From NCBI GenBank assembly GCA_963699545.1, contig CAVOUE010000003.1, forward strand, positions 192,001 through 256,000: a DNA stretch of 64,000 nt, written 5' to 3'. Position 1 is the stretch's first letter; each line of letters opens with the position of its first letter. This document shows positions 43,801 to 52,922 of this stretch, piece after piece. Made by a program: the position numbers and the translations under genes. Origin of the DNA: Nitrospirota bacterium (GTDB lineage Bacteria; Nitrospirota; Thermodesulfovibrionia; Thermodesulfovibrionales; UBA9159). The notes beneath the pieces are model-generated. The model saw only the letters and a list, made by a program, of their open reading frames with translations. It did not search any database and was not told the DNA's origin.

Positions 43801-43935
43801 CTCGGTACTGCGGGCCAGCTTGAACTCGCGCACCTCCGCCAACGCATCGCCGGGCGAAAAGCCAAGGGCCGCAACACTGGATGTCGCCATTCCACCGGCA
43901 CAAACCTTGAAAAACTGTCTCCGTGTCACCTTCAT
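40879..43935 (-). CDS. fdnG: Selenocysteine formate dehydrogenase-N alpha subunit (UGA recoded at 43348-43350)
   Basis: Tat signal [43 protein letters not shown] in frame. Confidence 0.95.
43312..43347 (-). promoter_or_regulatory. Bacterial SECIS element
   Basis: UGA CACGGACCCACGGUGGCCAGUCUGGCCCCCACG, fdnG/fdhF-type stem-loop directly after UGA. Confidence 0.75.
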
Positions 43936-44103
43936 TTATATATATACCTCCTTGGTTTGCATGAATTGTTCGGGGAAGAGAATGTTTGCCCTTGCCGTCC
44001 GGCATGTCCTGATACTGGTTGAAGGTGGCGTCACGGGTCTGCTGTACCAGTTCGGCGATCCGCCGGAAGAAACTTTTAAGAACTGCCGACGGGTGATTTC
44101 CAT
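43936..44103 (-). pseudogene. Relic of a second formate dehydrogenase alpha gene
   Basis: MEITRRQFLK Tat start fused to an alternative-frame RIAELVQQTRDATF segment. Confidence 0.65.
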
Positions 44104-44308
44104 TCGAGAAATGTTTCCTCCTTTCACCAGCGGCTATCCTGCATCCCTTGTAAGAACAGAGTAGAACAGATTCTGCCGTTTGTCAAGAAGAAGCCGGATC
44201 CATACCGTGCAAGATCTCACTGCCGGCTTCAGATACGTATCGCACGAAGTAATCCTGGAGGGATTTGCCACGGGAAAGGATGCTCACCGGGTGAAAGGTC
44301 TTCCCCGC

Positions 44309-45046
44309 TTACCGGGTCTTGACCCCGCTGTAGATCGTCGCGATGCCCATAGACAGGGAGAGGGCCGTCAGTTCCGTAAAACCGCATCCCCGCATCATCC
44401 CCTGAAATTCCTCAGGCGGGTAAAACGCCTCAATCGACTTCGGCAGATAGGTGTAGGGAAGGGAATTCTTTGTAACGATCTTTGCGATGAACGGCATGAT
44501 CTTGAAGGTATACAATTTGTAGAGAGGCACGACCACGGGATTCTTTGGTCTTGTAAGCTCAAGGCAGTAGAATCTTCCCCCGGGTTTTAGAACCCGCCTT
44601 ACCTCTCTGAGGGCAGCCGCGGTGTCGGGGACATTCCGCAAGCCGAAGGAGACCGTGACCGCATCGAAGGTGTTATCGGGAAAACCAAGCTCCCTCGCAT
44701 CGGCAAGGACAAAGGAGAGGTTTTTGGGCATCGGGCTCAGCTTCTTCCTCGCGATCTCGAGCATATCCTCACAGAAGTCGGCTCCGGTGAGTGAGCCTTC
44801 GGGACCGACCTTCTTCAGAAGCAACTTCGCCAGTTCCCCTGTGCCGGTGCAAACATCAAGAACGTTTTCTCCTCTCCTGATCCGGTCCCTCACTTTCCTC
44901 CGCCAGAGATGACACAGTCCGAAGCTGAATGCGGTGTCCAGGGGATCGATATAAGGAGCCACAATCGAGAAAACGTCCTTTACAAGGCTCGCTCTCTGCT
45001 CGTGTGGCAAATCAGATAGTGGTGGCGTCGACTGGCGGTCATTCAT
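44309..45046 (-). CDS. ubiE: Demethylmenaquinone/ubiquinone methyltransferase UbiE/MenG
   Basis: LDVCTGTG, FGLRNV, RVLKPGG, YTYL..SI..F. Confidence 0.85.
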   Translation of the reverse strand: MNDRQSTPPLSDLPHEQRASLVKDVFSIVAPYIDPLDTAFSFGLCHLWRRKVRDRIRRGENVLDVCTGTGELAKLLLKKVGPEGSLTGADFCEDMLEIARKKLSPMPKNLSFVLADARELGFPDNTFDAVTVSFGLRNVPDTAAALREVRRVLKPGGRFYCLELTRPKNPVVVPLYKLYTFKIMPFIAKIVTKNSLPYTYLPKSIEAFYPPEEFQGMMRGCGFTELTALSLSMGIATIYSGVKTR

Positions 45047-45131
45047 ATAGTTCAGGTGTGACCGTGCTTCCGCAATACTCTTAACTTTGTCAAATCTGTC
45101 TCTTTTTTGTCAAGGAATGCTTACCGATCCG

Positions 45132-45506
45132 TCATGATCTTTCGATCCTGATCCTTGTCGCACCCTTCGCCTTTCTCAGGAGCGTCGGATCGCCCGTTAT
45201 CCTCCCCACAAGGTTCACCTCGCTTGCGGGGACCGGCTCAGGCCCTCTGCTCATCGGGGTCGGGCCGAAGAAAACGGCAAGGGCATTTCCCGGCGGCCAG
45301 TATCCAATGTCGCCCACGGCAACCTTTGTCGTTGCACTTCCGTCAAGGGGCATCTTTACGGGGATCTCAAAGTAGAATTCGTCGCCCCATTCGTTCGGTA
45401 TTGTCTCGATGGGGAGGGCGGCGGCGACCGCCCTTGCACAGGGCGTATTGAAGAGCTCTCCATCCAGCGCACGATCACCTATGACTATCTTTATCGGTGT
45501 CGGCAT
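45132..45506 (-). CDS. Cyclophilin-like fold protein (TM1367/AF2241-type)
   Basis: WGDEFYF, GDIGYWPPGNALAVFFGPTP. Confidence 0.85.
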   Translation of the reverse strand: MPTPIKIVIGDRALDGELFNTPCARAVAAALPIETIPNEWGDEFYFEIPVKMPLDGSATTKVAVGDIGYWPPGNALAVFFGPTPMSRGPEPVPASEVNLVGRITGDPTLLRKAKGATRIRIERS

Positions 45507-45519
45507 TCGTTTCCCTTTT

Positions 45520-47035
45520 TCACCCTGTGATACTCCTTATCCCTTCCTTTATCACCTTCAGCAGTTGCTCGAGATTCTCAAGGCTGATCGAAAGCGGCGG
45601 CATGATCACGACGACATTTCCGAGGGGTCTGATGAAAACTCCGTGGTCCCTCGCATAGTACGCAACACGCCACCCCATCTTTTCTTCCCATGGATAAGGC
45701 TCCTTTGTGGATTTACTCTTAACGAGCTCGATACCCGCCATCATCCCCTTGTTTCGGACATCTCCCACATGCCCGAGTTTCGCCACATCTCTCAGGAAGG
45801 ATTCGAGCATCCCGATCTTCGGCCCGAGTCCCTCCAGGGTATTCTCCTTCTCGAAGATATCCAGGCACGCCAGGGCTGCGGCGCAGCCAAGAGGATTGCC
45901 GGTGTATGAATGGCCGTGGAAGAAGGTCTTGAGATCTTTGAAATCACCGAGAAAAGAATGATAGATCTCTTCCGTCGCCACGGTCGCCGCAAGGGGAAGA
46001 TACCCGCCGGTAAGTCCCTTTGACAGACAGATTATATCCGGCATGACTCCTTCTTGTTCGCATGCGAACATGGTGCCGGTCCTCCCGAAACCTGTTGCCA
46101 CCTCATCGGCGATCATCAGCACATCGTATTTCGTACATAATTCCCTCACTCCCTTGAGATATCCCGGGGGAGAGACGATCATGCCGCCCGCAGCCTGGAC
46201 AAGAGGCTCGATGATCACTGCCGCAATTTCCCCTGACTTCTCCCTGAGCATCTCATCCATCGTCCCGAGGCATTTGAGTTTGCAGTCAGGATAGGCTGCC
46301 TCCAGTTCACAGCGGTAGCAGTAGGGTGACGGGGCTTTATGCGTCTTGAAAAGGAGAGGTCCGAAGACCTTATGGTAGATATCAATCCCCCCGACACTTA
46401 CCGCGCCGAGGGTATCGCCGTGGTAGCCGTTTTTCAGAGAGAGAAAAGAGACCTTTCCCTCTTCGCCCCTGTGGGTCCAGTATTGAAATGCCATCTTGAG
46501 CGCAACCTCGACAGCGGTAGAGCCATTGTCGGAATAAAAGACCTTGCTCGGGGGCAAGGGGTAAGGGGCAAGGGGTGACTGCCGCCTACTGCCTGCTGAT
46601 AACGAGCTGGGGACTGTCCCAGACCTGCCTACCGGACAGGCAGGCCCGCCTGCCGGACGGGCAGGTTTACGGACGGAGTTCAGCGAAGTCGTAGAATCGG
46701 GACTGTCCCCTCCGGGCATGATCTTAGCAAGCCTCTCCGCCAGTTGTATGGCTGGGACATTGCTCAAGCCGAGCATGGTGCTGTGAGCGATGTGATCCAG
46801 CTGCTCCCGGATGGCATCGTCGATCTCCCTTTTCCTGTGTCCGTGGATGTTCACCCACAGGGAGGAGGACGCCGTCCAGATACCAGTTCCCATAAATATC
46901 CCTGAGGAAACAGTCGCGCCCTTCTGCGATAATGAGCGGCTTTTCGTCCAGCCAGTCCTTCATCTGTGTGAAGGGATGCCAGACGTATCTCTTGTCTAGT
47001 TCTTCAAGATGACTGTTTTCCTCAGAGGTCCCCAT
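45520..47035 (-). CDS. bioA: 7,8-diaminopelargonate aminotransferase with in-frame repeat-derived insertion (frameshift near 46875)
   Basis: WHPFTQM, VFYSDNGSTAVEVALKMA, YHGDT, DEVATGFGRTG, SKGLTGGY, HGHSYTGNP. Confidence 0.9.
46551..46606. repeat. Heptamer repeat tract inside bioA
   Basis: GGGGCAA GGGGTAA GGGGCAA GGGGTGA CTGCCGC CTACTGC CTGCTGA. Confidence 0.7.
46609..46710. repeat. Composite palindromic element (102 bp) in frame in bioA
   Basis: 60-bp core plus CCTGCCTACCGGACAGGCAGG and CCCGCCTGCCGGACGGGCAGG. Confidence 0.9.
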
Positions 47036-47213
47036 ACTTAATCCAGAAGGAGAGAGACTGCTCTATAATATCACAAAAAGGGGAGGTGCCATGGCCCTTT
47101 GAGAAACTGTACCCGGGGTCGATGGCTCACCACATAGGGTGCAGTGAAACCGAACTGGTCTTGACCCACCGATGGTTTTGCCGAAGTGGACTATTGTACA
47201 GTTTCGAAAAGGG

Positions 47214-47792
47214 TTATGGCACCTCAGGCGCAACGAGATATTTCTTTGCCATCTCGATGAACCCGAGTATCTTAAGGTCAATAAGGTTTCCCTCTTCTGA
47301 AAGACGGGAAAGCGTCCCGTGAACGGCATCAACAGACACCTTCATGACCTCGATGTCTTCAGTCTCATCCCTCTGTCCAACACCTTTGAATTCGAGTCCC
47401 GTGGCGAGATAGACCGTCATGATCTCCCGTGACGACCCGCTGGAAAGGGGGCCCCTGGCCAGAAAGATCATCTCCTTCGCTTCATATCCTGTCTCTTCAA
47501 GGAGTTCTCTTGATGCAGCCTTTTCACTGCTTTCACCCCTGTCATTCAGCCCCGCGGGAAATTCGACCACGTAGTTATCCAGCGGCGGCCTGTACTGTCT
47601 TATCAGGATCATCTCTCCTTCGCGGGTAACCGGAACAATGGCAACGATGCCCTCACAGTTCACCCGCTCCACCGCCTCCCACTGCCTCAGAACACCTCCG
47701 GGATCCCTGTAGGTGAGTCTAAGGCAGCGGAGGAACTTGCCTTCCCAGAGGATCTCTTTGCTCACGACCTCATATTCTTTCATCTTCTCCAT
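47214..47792 (-). CDS. NUDIX hydrolase (ADP-ribose pyrophosphatase-like)
   Basis: EFPAG....ESSEKAASRELLEETGY Nudix box. Confidence 0.9.
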   Translation of the reverse strand: MEKMKEYEVVSKEILWEGKFLRCLRLTYRDPGGVLRQWEAVERVNCEGIVAIVPVTREGEMILIRQYRPPLDNYVVEFPAGLNDRGESSEKAASRELLEETGYEAKEMIFLARGPLSSGSSREIMTVYLATGLEFKGVGQRDETEDIEVMKVSVDAVHGTLSRLSEEGNLIDLKILGFIEMAKKYLVAPEVP

Positions 47793-47926
47793 ATCTCCTC
47801 TGTTTCACAACCCCGCTTAACCGCCCGCACCATTAGGAAACATATCACTGTATACGTCACGGAGCTGATCTTCAGTGTCGTAACTATTCCTTGCATTTAT
47901 AAAGCGCTTCCTTGAATAACAGGCCC

Positions 47927-47942
47927 TATGACCTAAATCATA
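47927..47942 (+). promoter_or_regulatory. CRP/FNR-family site upstream of norC
   Basis: TATGA-CCTAAA-TCATA with -10-like AATAAT at 47964. Confidence 0.65.
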
Positions 47943-48010
47943 GAGAACTTCCTCTGTTTTTTCAATAATGGTAACAGACCAGTATGACTGGAAAATCGAG
48001 GGAGGTGTGT

Positions 48011-48685
48011 ATGAGTAACAAAGCCGCAAGAAATCTCTTTATCATCGGCAGTCTCTTCTTCTTCGTGATCTTTCTTGCCCTCACGTTTGACACCATGGGG
48101 AAACTGGACAAGAGGGCCCCGGAGATCACTGAAGAAGTGAATGCCGGCAAGATGGTCTGGCACAAGTATGACTGCATCGGTTGCCATACCATTTTCGGGA
48201 ATGGTTCATATTTCGCGCCCGACCTGACAAAGACCGTCGAGAAGAAACCAAAGGGATACCTGAAGCAGTTCCTGATGGATCCAAAGGCCGTCAACCCGAA
48301 GGCGGCGATGCCGAAATTCGGGATCACGTCAGAGGAAGCCGATCAACCTGATCGCTTTTCTTGACTGGACCTCAAAGGTGGACACGAACGGCTGGCCGCC
48401 AAAGCCGATCCTCGCCACCGCAGCAGGTGTGGGCGGGAAGGAACTTTCCGCGGGACAAAAGATATATCAGTCACAGGGGTGCTCAGGCTGCCACATGATC
48501 AACGGCATCGGCGGTACCACCGGCCCTGACCTCGCCGGAGTCGGGAGCAGACATGACAGGAAGTGGCTCCGTGAACATTTTAAGGACCCCAAAAAAGTGG
48601 TGACCAACTCCGCTATGCCGGGGTATAAACATCTGGGCGATCAGGCATTGGACACTTGACCGAATACATGCTTACCCTTAAATGA
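48011..48685 (+). CDS. norC: Nitric oxide reductase subunit C with a second cytochrome c domain (frameshifts)
   Basis: N-terminal TM; CIGCHT..G.YFAPDL; DTNGWPP followed by CSGCH domain. Confidence 0.85.
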
Positions 48686-48803
48686 ATGGCGAGCGTATTG
48701 CCCCGCAGCTTACTGCTGGGCAAGCGAGCGTATGTGGAAACAATTCCTTGCATTAAGATTCCTGTAGCTTGCTGCAGGAAATCTTCAATAGGAGGTTGGA
48801 GAA

Positions 48804-50199
48804 ATGAGTATACAATATGAAAGCCAAAAGATAGCGCAGTATTTTTACACCTTTGCTGTGCTCCTCTTCCTGGTCCAGGTGCTGGTCGGCATCATCGCGG
48901 CCATCCAGTTCATCAGGCCCGATTTCTTCATCCTGAACTTCAACATCATCAGGACGCTCCACATCAACGCCCTCGTGGTCTGGCTGCTCGTCGGGCTCAT
49001 GGGCGCGACCTACTATGTGGTCCCTGAGGAATCGGAGACCGAGTTGTGGAGCCTTCCCCTTGCAAAGTTCCAGTTCTGGGCAACGGTCGTTACCATCACG
49101 CTCGTCGTCCTCGGTTACATCTGGATGGGCATCAATCCCGCAGGCGAACAGACCGTGTGCTGGGCATTAACCCCCTGAATGAAGGCCGGGAATATATCGA
49201 GGCCCCGCGCTGGGCAGATATCCTCATCGTGGTCTCGGTGCTCCTGTTCCTCTTCAACATGTTCATGACCATGATGAAGACAAAGAAGTGGACCGGCATC
49301 CAGGGCGTGCTCCTCGGCGGTCTCGTGTTCCTGGCGCTCATGTATCTGCCGGGCATGTTCTACACAAAGAGCATGGTAAAGGACCAGTTCTGGTGGTGGT
49401 GGGTGGTCCATCTCTGGGTCGAAGGCTCCTGGGAGATCATCGCCGGCGCGCTCCTTGCCTTCATGCTGATGAAGACCATCGGCGCAAAGCGGGAAGTGCT
49501 TGAGAAGTGGATGTACATCGAGGTCGGCCTCGTCCTCTTCACCGGCATCCTCGGCACAGGCCATCACTACTACTGGATCGGGACACCCAAGTACTGGCTC
49601 TGGGTCGGCGGCATTCTTCAGTTCACTTGAACCCGTCCCGCTGCTCCTCATGGTCTGGGACGCCTTCAGGACCACACGGGAGGCAAGGAACGTGACGAAC
49701 AAGCCGGGACTTTTCTACACCGTGGCCCATGCGATCTTCAACTTTGTCGGCGCGGGGTTCTGGGGCATCATCCATACCCTGCCCCAGGTGAATCAATGGA
49801 CCCACGGCACGCAGATCACCACGGCCCACGGCCATCTCGCATTCTACGGCGCCTATGTCCTGCTTGTGATCTCCATGATCTACGTGACACTGCCGGCGAT
49901 CCGAGGCGTGAAGGAGTACAATCCCGTCAAGGGCGTATCTGTCGTTCTGGTGGATGACCATCTCCATGGTCTTCATCGTCCTGACCATCACCGGCGCAGG
50001 CATGGTCCAGGTCTATATGGAAAGGCTCATGGGGCTTGACTACGTAGCGGTGAAGACGACCTACAACCTCTGGTTCTGGATATTGAGGGCGATCTTCGGC
50101 GTGGGCTTCCTCATCGGTGTCGGGATCTTTGTCGTGGATTTCTTCAAGCTGGGCAAAGAGCCGATGCCTGTGGCGAGCGTAGCGCCCGAAAAAGCGTAA
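48804..50199 (+). CDS. norB: Nitric oxide reductase subunit B, cNOR (frameshifts)
   Basis: GREYIE, WWWVVHLWVEG, GTGHHYYW, HGHLAFYG. Confidence 0.92.
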
Positions 50200-50218
50200 C
50201 TTGGACAATTCATAAATT

Positions 50219-50379
50219 CGGGGAGAGGTGTCCGGCTTGAAGGGCAAGACTTCGGGTTATGTGCCGGTCCGCAAGAGCGGACCGTGACAATACATGGGAA
50301 CAGACTGCTCTTAGGTGCACAGACCTTGGCATAGTCGAGAAGGGCTATTGTCTTGCCGAGAGACGGATACCTCTCCCGG
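50219..50379. other. Long rod-like inverted-repeat element (ncRNA or MITE-like)
   Basis: GGGAGAGGTGTCCG/CGGATACCTCTCCC closing stem; GGCAAGAC/GTCTTGCC and further inner stems. Confidence 0.5.
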
Positions 50380-50414
50380 GAAAAAGAGACTCGTGAATAG
50401 TATATAATGTTGCC

Positions 50415-51341
50415 GTGATGAAATGGCTATTGAATGTTTCTTTTCTTGTGGTACTGTCTTTTCTTTTTCCGTCCCTGTCCCATGCCACCACTGACTATGC
50501 GCGCCAGACAGGGATGGAATGCAGGGAATGCCATGTGGCCGCCATAGGGGGCGGGGCCCTCACAAAGGAGGGGGAGAGGTTCCTTGCCGACATGAAGCTC
50601 AAGGGCCTCTACAGGCCCCTGTCAAATGCGCAAAGAGTCGTGAGGTTCTTCATCGGATATGTCCATCTCCTCACGGCCATCGTCTGGTTCGGTACGATCT
50701 TCTATGTCCATATTCTTTTGAAGCCTGCATATGCCGCACGGGGGCTCCCCAAGGGCGAACTCTTTCTTGGCTGGATCTCGATCGCAATTCTTGCCGTTAC
50801 CGGTATCCTCCTCACGATTGCGCGGATTCCGACGTGGAAAATGCTTTTCACCACACGGTTCGGGATCCTCCTGAGCATCAAGATATTCCTCTTTCTGATC
50901 ATGGTCTCAACAGCGGTCATCGTAACTTTTGTCATTGGACCTAAACTGAAGAGAAAACTTAAGGCGCGGTGGGAGGGTGATATCAGTAAAGGGAAGCAGG
51001 ACTTGACCGCTGAAGAGCTGCGCAGTTTCGACGGCAAGGAGGGACGGCCCGCCTTCGTTGCATACAAGGGGAAGATATACAATGTCACGAAGAGCAAGCT
51101 CTGGACAGAAGGCTCCCATGCGAGAAAACATCATGCGGGCATTGACCTTACCGATGCCCTTAAGACCGCTCCCCACGCTGAAGAAAAGATACTCTCCATG
51201 CCCGAGGTGGGGAAATTGATCGAAGCAGGCCAGAAAATACCGAAACCCCTGCCCGAGCGGGTTTTCTATGTCTTCGCCTACCTTAACCTGGGCTTCGTTT
51301 TCCTCATCACCCTGGTCATCGCCCTCTGGCGGTGGTGGTAG
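50415..51341 (+). CDS. Membrane protein with CxxCH, CopD-like TM region and cytochrome b5-like domain
   Basis: CRECH; TM helices; FDGKEGRPAFVAYKGKIYNVT..W..G.H...H.AG.DLT..APH. Confidence 0.8.
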   Translation: MMKWLLNVSFLVVLSFLFPSLSHATTDYARQTGMECRECHVAAIGGGALTKEGERFLADMKLKGLYRPLSNAQRVVRFFIGYVHLLTAIVWFGTIFYVHILLKPAYAARGLPKGELFLGWISIAILAVTGILLTIARIPTWKMLFTTRFGILLSIKIFLFLIMVSTAVIVTFVIGPKLKRKLKARWEGDISKGKQDLTAEELRSFDGKEGRPAFVAYKGKIYNVTKSKLWTEGSHARKHHAGIDLTDALKTAPHAEEKILSMPEVGKLIEAGQKIPKPLPERVFYVFAYLNLGFVFLITLVIALWRWW

Positions 51342-51368
51342 TGTCCTGTATCATTCCCGGAGAACTCA

Positions 51369-51629
51369 TCATCCCTTTTCGATGATCTCAAAATTCTTTA
51401 CGAACTGTCCCACCTGCACACCAAGATAGACGCACTTGATTCCGTTCATGCATTCATCAGCGTCCTTTTTCTCAAGATGCGTCGTGAGTTCGTGAGCGTC
51501 CTTTTTGAACCTGACGATATAGGCACTTTTCTGAGTATCAAAATCGAGGCTCACTGAGATGGCATGTTTCCCGATCTCCGGATACATCTCCGTGATCTTG
51601 TCCTTGAGCGCAACATTCGAGTACCCCAT
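51369..51629 (-). CDS. Conserved hypothetical protein
   Basis: AAGGAGGG RBS; ADEC..G.KCVYLG motif. Confidence 0.7.
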   Translation of the reverse strand: MGYSNVALKDKITEMYPEIGKHAISVSLDFDTQKSAYIVRFKKDAHELTTHLEKKDADECMNGIKCVYLGVQVGQFVKNFEIIEKG

Positions 51630-51728
51630 GGATTCCCTCCTTTAGCCGATTTTTTTAACTGATCCTCTCTTACCACTTATAGCAGAAATTTCCCTTCTCT
51701 TCCAGCTCCTCAGCTCAGGACACTTCCG

Positions 51729-51744
51729 TATGATCTAAATCATA
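51729..51744 (+). promoter_or_regulatory. CRP/FNR-family site
   Basis: TATGA-TCTAAA-TCATA, -10-like TATGTT at 51767. Confidence 0.6.
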
Positions 51745-51777
51745 TACGCGGCATTCCTCTTTGGGGTATGTTTGAAA

Positions 51778-51838
51778 TAGATAGTTTCTCCCATGCTGCC
51801 TGTCTCCCCCTCCTATAAGACAGGCAGCATCCCCCCTT
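51778..51838 (+). ncRNA. Candidate small RNA with C-rich loop
   Basis: 13-bp stem ATGCTGCCTGTCT/AGACAGGCAGCAT, loop CCCCCTCCTATA. Confidence 0.35.
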
Positions 51839-51853
51839 ATGATTTATCTCATA
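51838..51853 (+). promoter_or_regulatory. CRP/FNR-family site upstream of the 4Fe-4S membrane protein
   Basis: TATGA-TTTATC-TCATA, TGnTATAAA at 51873-51881. Confidence 0.6.
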
Positions 51854-51895
51854 TCGCTCATCCCCCTTCTCCTGTTATAAATTAGGGGAGAGCTC

Positions 51896-52922
51896 ATGTC
51901 GGACGAAAAGGGGTATGCCATGAACGGACGTTCTCAAGGGGAGGGGGCAGTGCTCCATCCTCAGCCTTCGGGCACCGCTCATCTGAACCGTTACCGGCGG
52001 ATAACACAGCTGGCATTCATGCTTTTCATACTCCTCATCCCCGTGTTGGATATCTTCCGCTTTGACTCGGCCGCAGGGGAACTAATCGTCTTCGGACAGG
52101 TCTGGGGTCTCGGTCTCAAGCAGGGCTTTTATGCCGATCAGAGCATATCAGGGGCAGGACACGTCGCACTGCATTTTTTTCTTAAGGCGGTACTACCCTG
52201 GGTTTTGGTCCTTTCCGTATTCCCCCTCCTCGGTTATTTCACCGGGAGGTTCTTCTGCGGGTGGCTCTGCCCTGAAGGAGCGCTCTTTGAATGGGCTGAT
52301 TTTCTCACCCTCAAGCTTCTCGGAAGAAGAAGCATCTATGACAGGAGGGGGAATGACCCTGATCACCGGAAGGGCAACCGGGCGCTCTATGGCCTCATTG
52401 CCCTTCTGAGCGCGGTCATAATCCCCGTCTGCGGTGGCATCGCACTCACCGGCTTTGTGATCGCACCGAAGACGGTCTGGAATCAGGTCATGAGCGGGAA
52501 CTTCACCTTCGGGGTGAAGGCCGGCATCATCGGGGTTTCGGCCTATATGCTCACCGGCTCGATCTTTGTGAGGCATACGTTCTGCAAATACGTCTGCGCG
52601 GCAGGGCTGATGCAGACGCTCTTCGGCTGGGTCAGCCCGGTTCTCCATGCGGCTGAAGATGGACACTGAAAGGCCGGGGGAATGCACCGACTGCGGAGGA
52701 TGCGAGAGGGCGTGCTTCATGAACGTACTGCCAAGGAAGAATAAGAGGGATATTTCCTGTGTAAACTGCGGCGCGTGCATTGACGCGTGCAATAAGGAGC
52801 TCAAGGGGAGAGGCCTCTTCCATTACACCTTCGGTCAGAACAAGTGTCACGCCCCCGGGGAGAACCGCGCCGATGCCCGGGTGAAGGCCGTGCTGGGCCT
52901 AAATCGCCCGGATCGTCTTTAA
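51896..52922 (+). CDS. NapH/CcoG-like membrane 4Fe-4S protein (frameshift near 52645)
   Basis: GRFFCGWLCPEG, FCKYVC, CTDCGGCERAC, CVNCGACIDAC. Confidence 0.85.

Noticed and set aside
40053-44022. Long plus-strand ORFs opposite fdnGH
   Set aside because: Antisense shadows of GC-rich coding sequence with no recognisable motifs.
46551-46710. Intein or intron in bioA
   Set aside because: No Cys/Ser..His-Asn splice motifs, too short, and clearly repeat-derived.
50219-50379. Firm 6S RNA call
   Set aside because: No clear central bubble and no zapA/ygfA context; kept only as an unassigned structured element.
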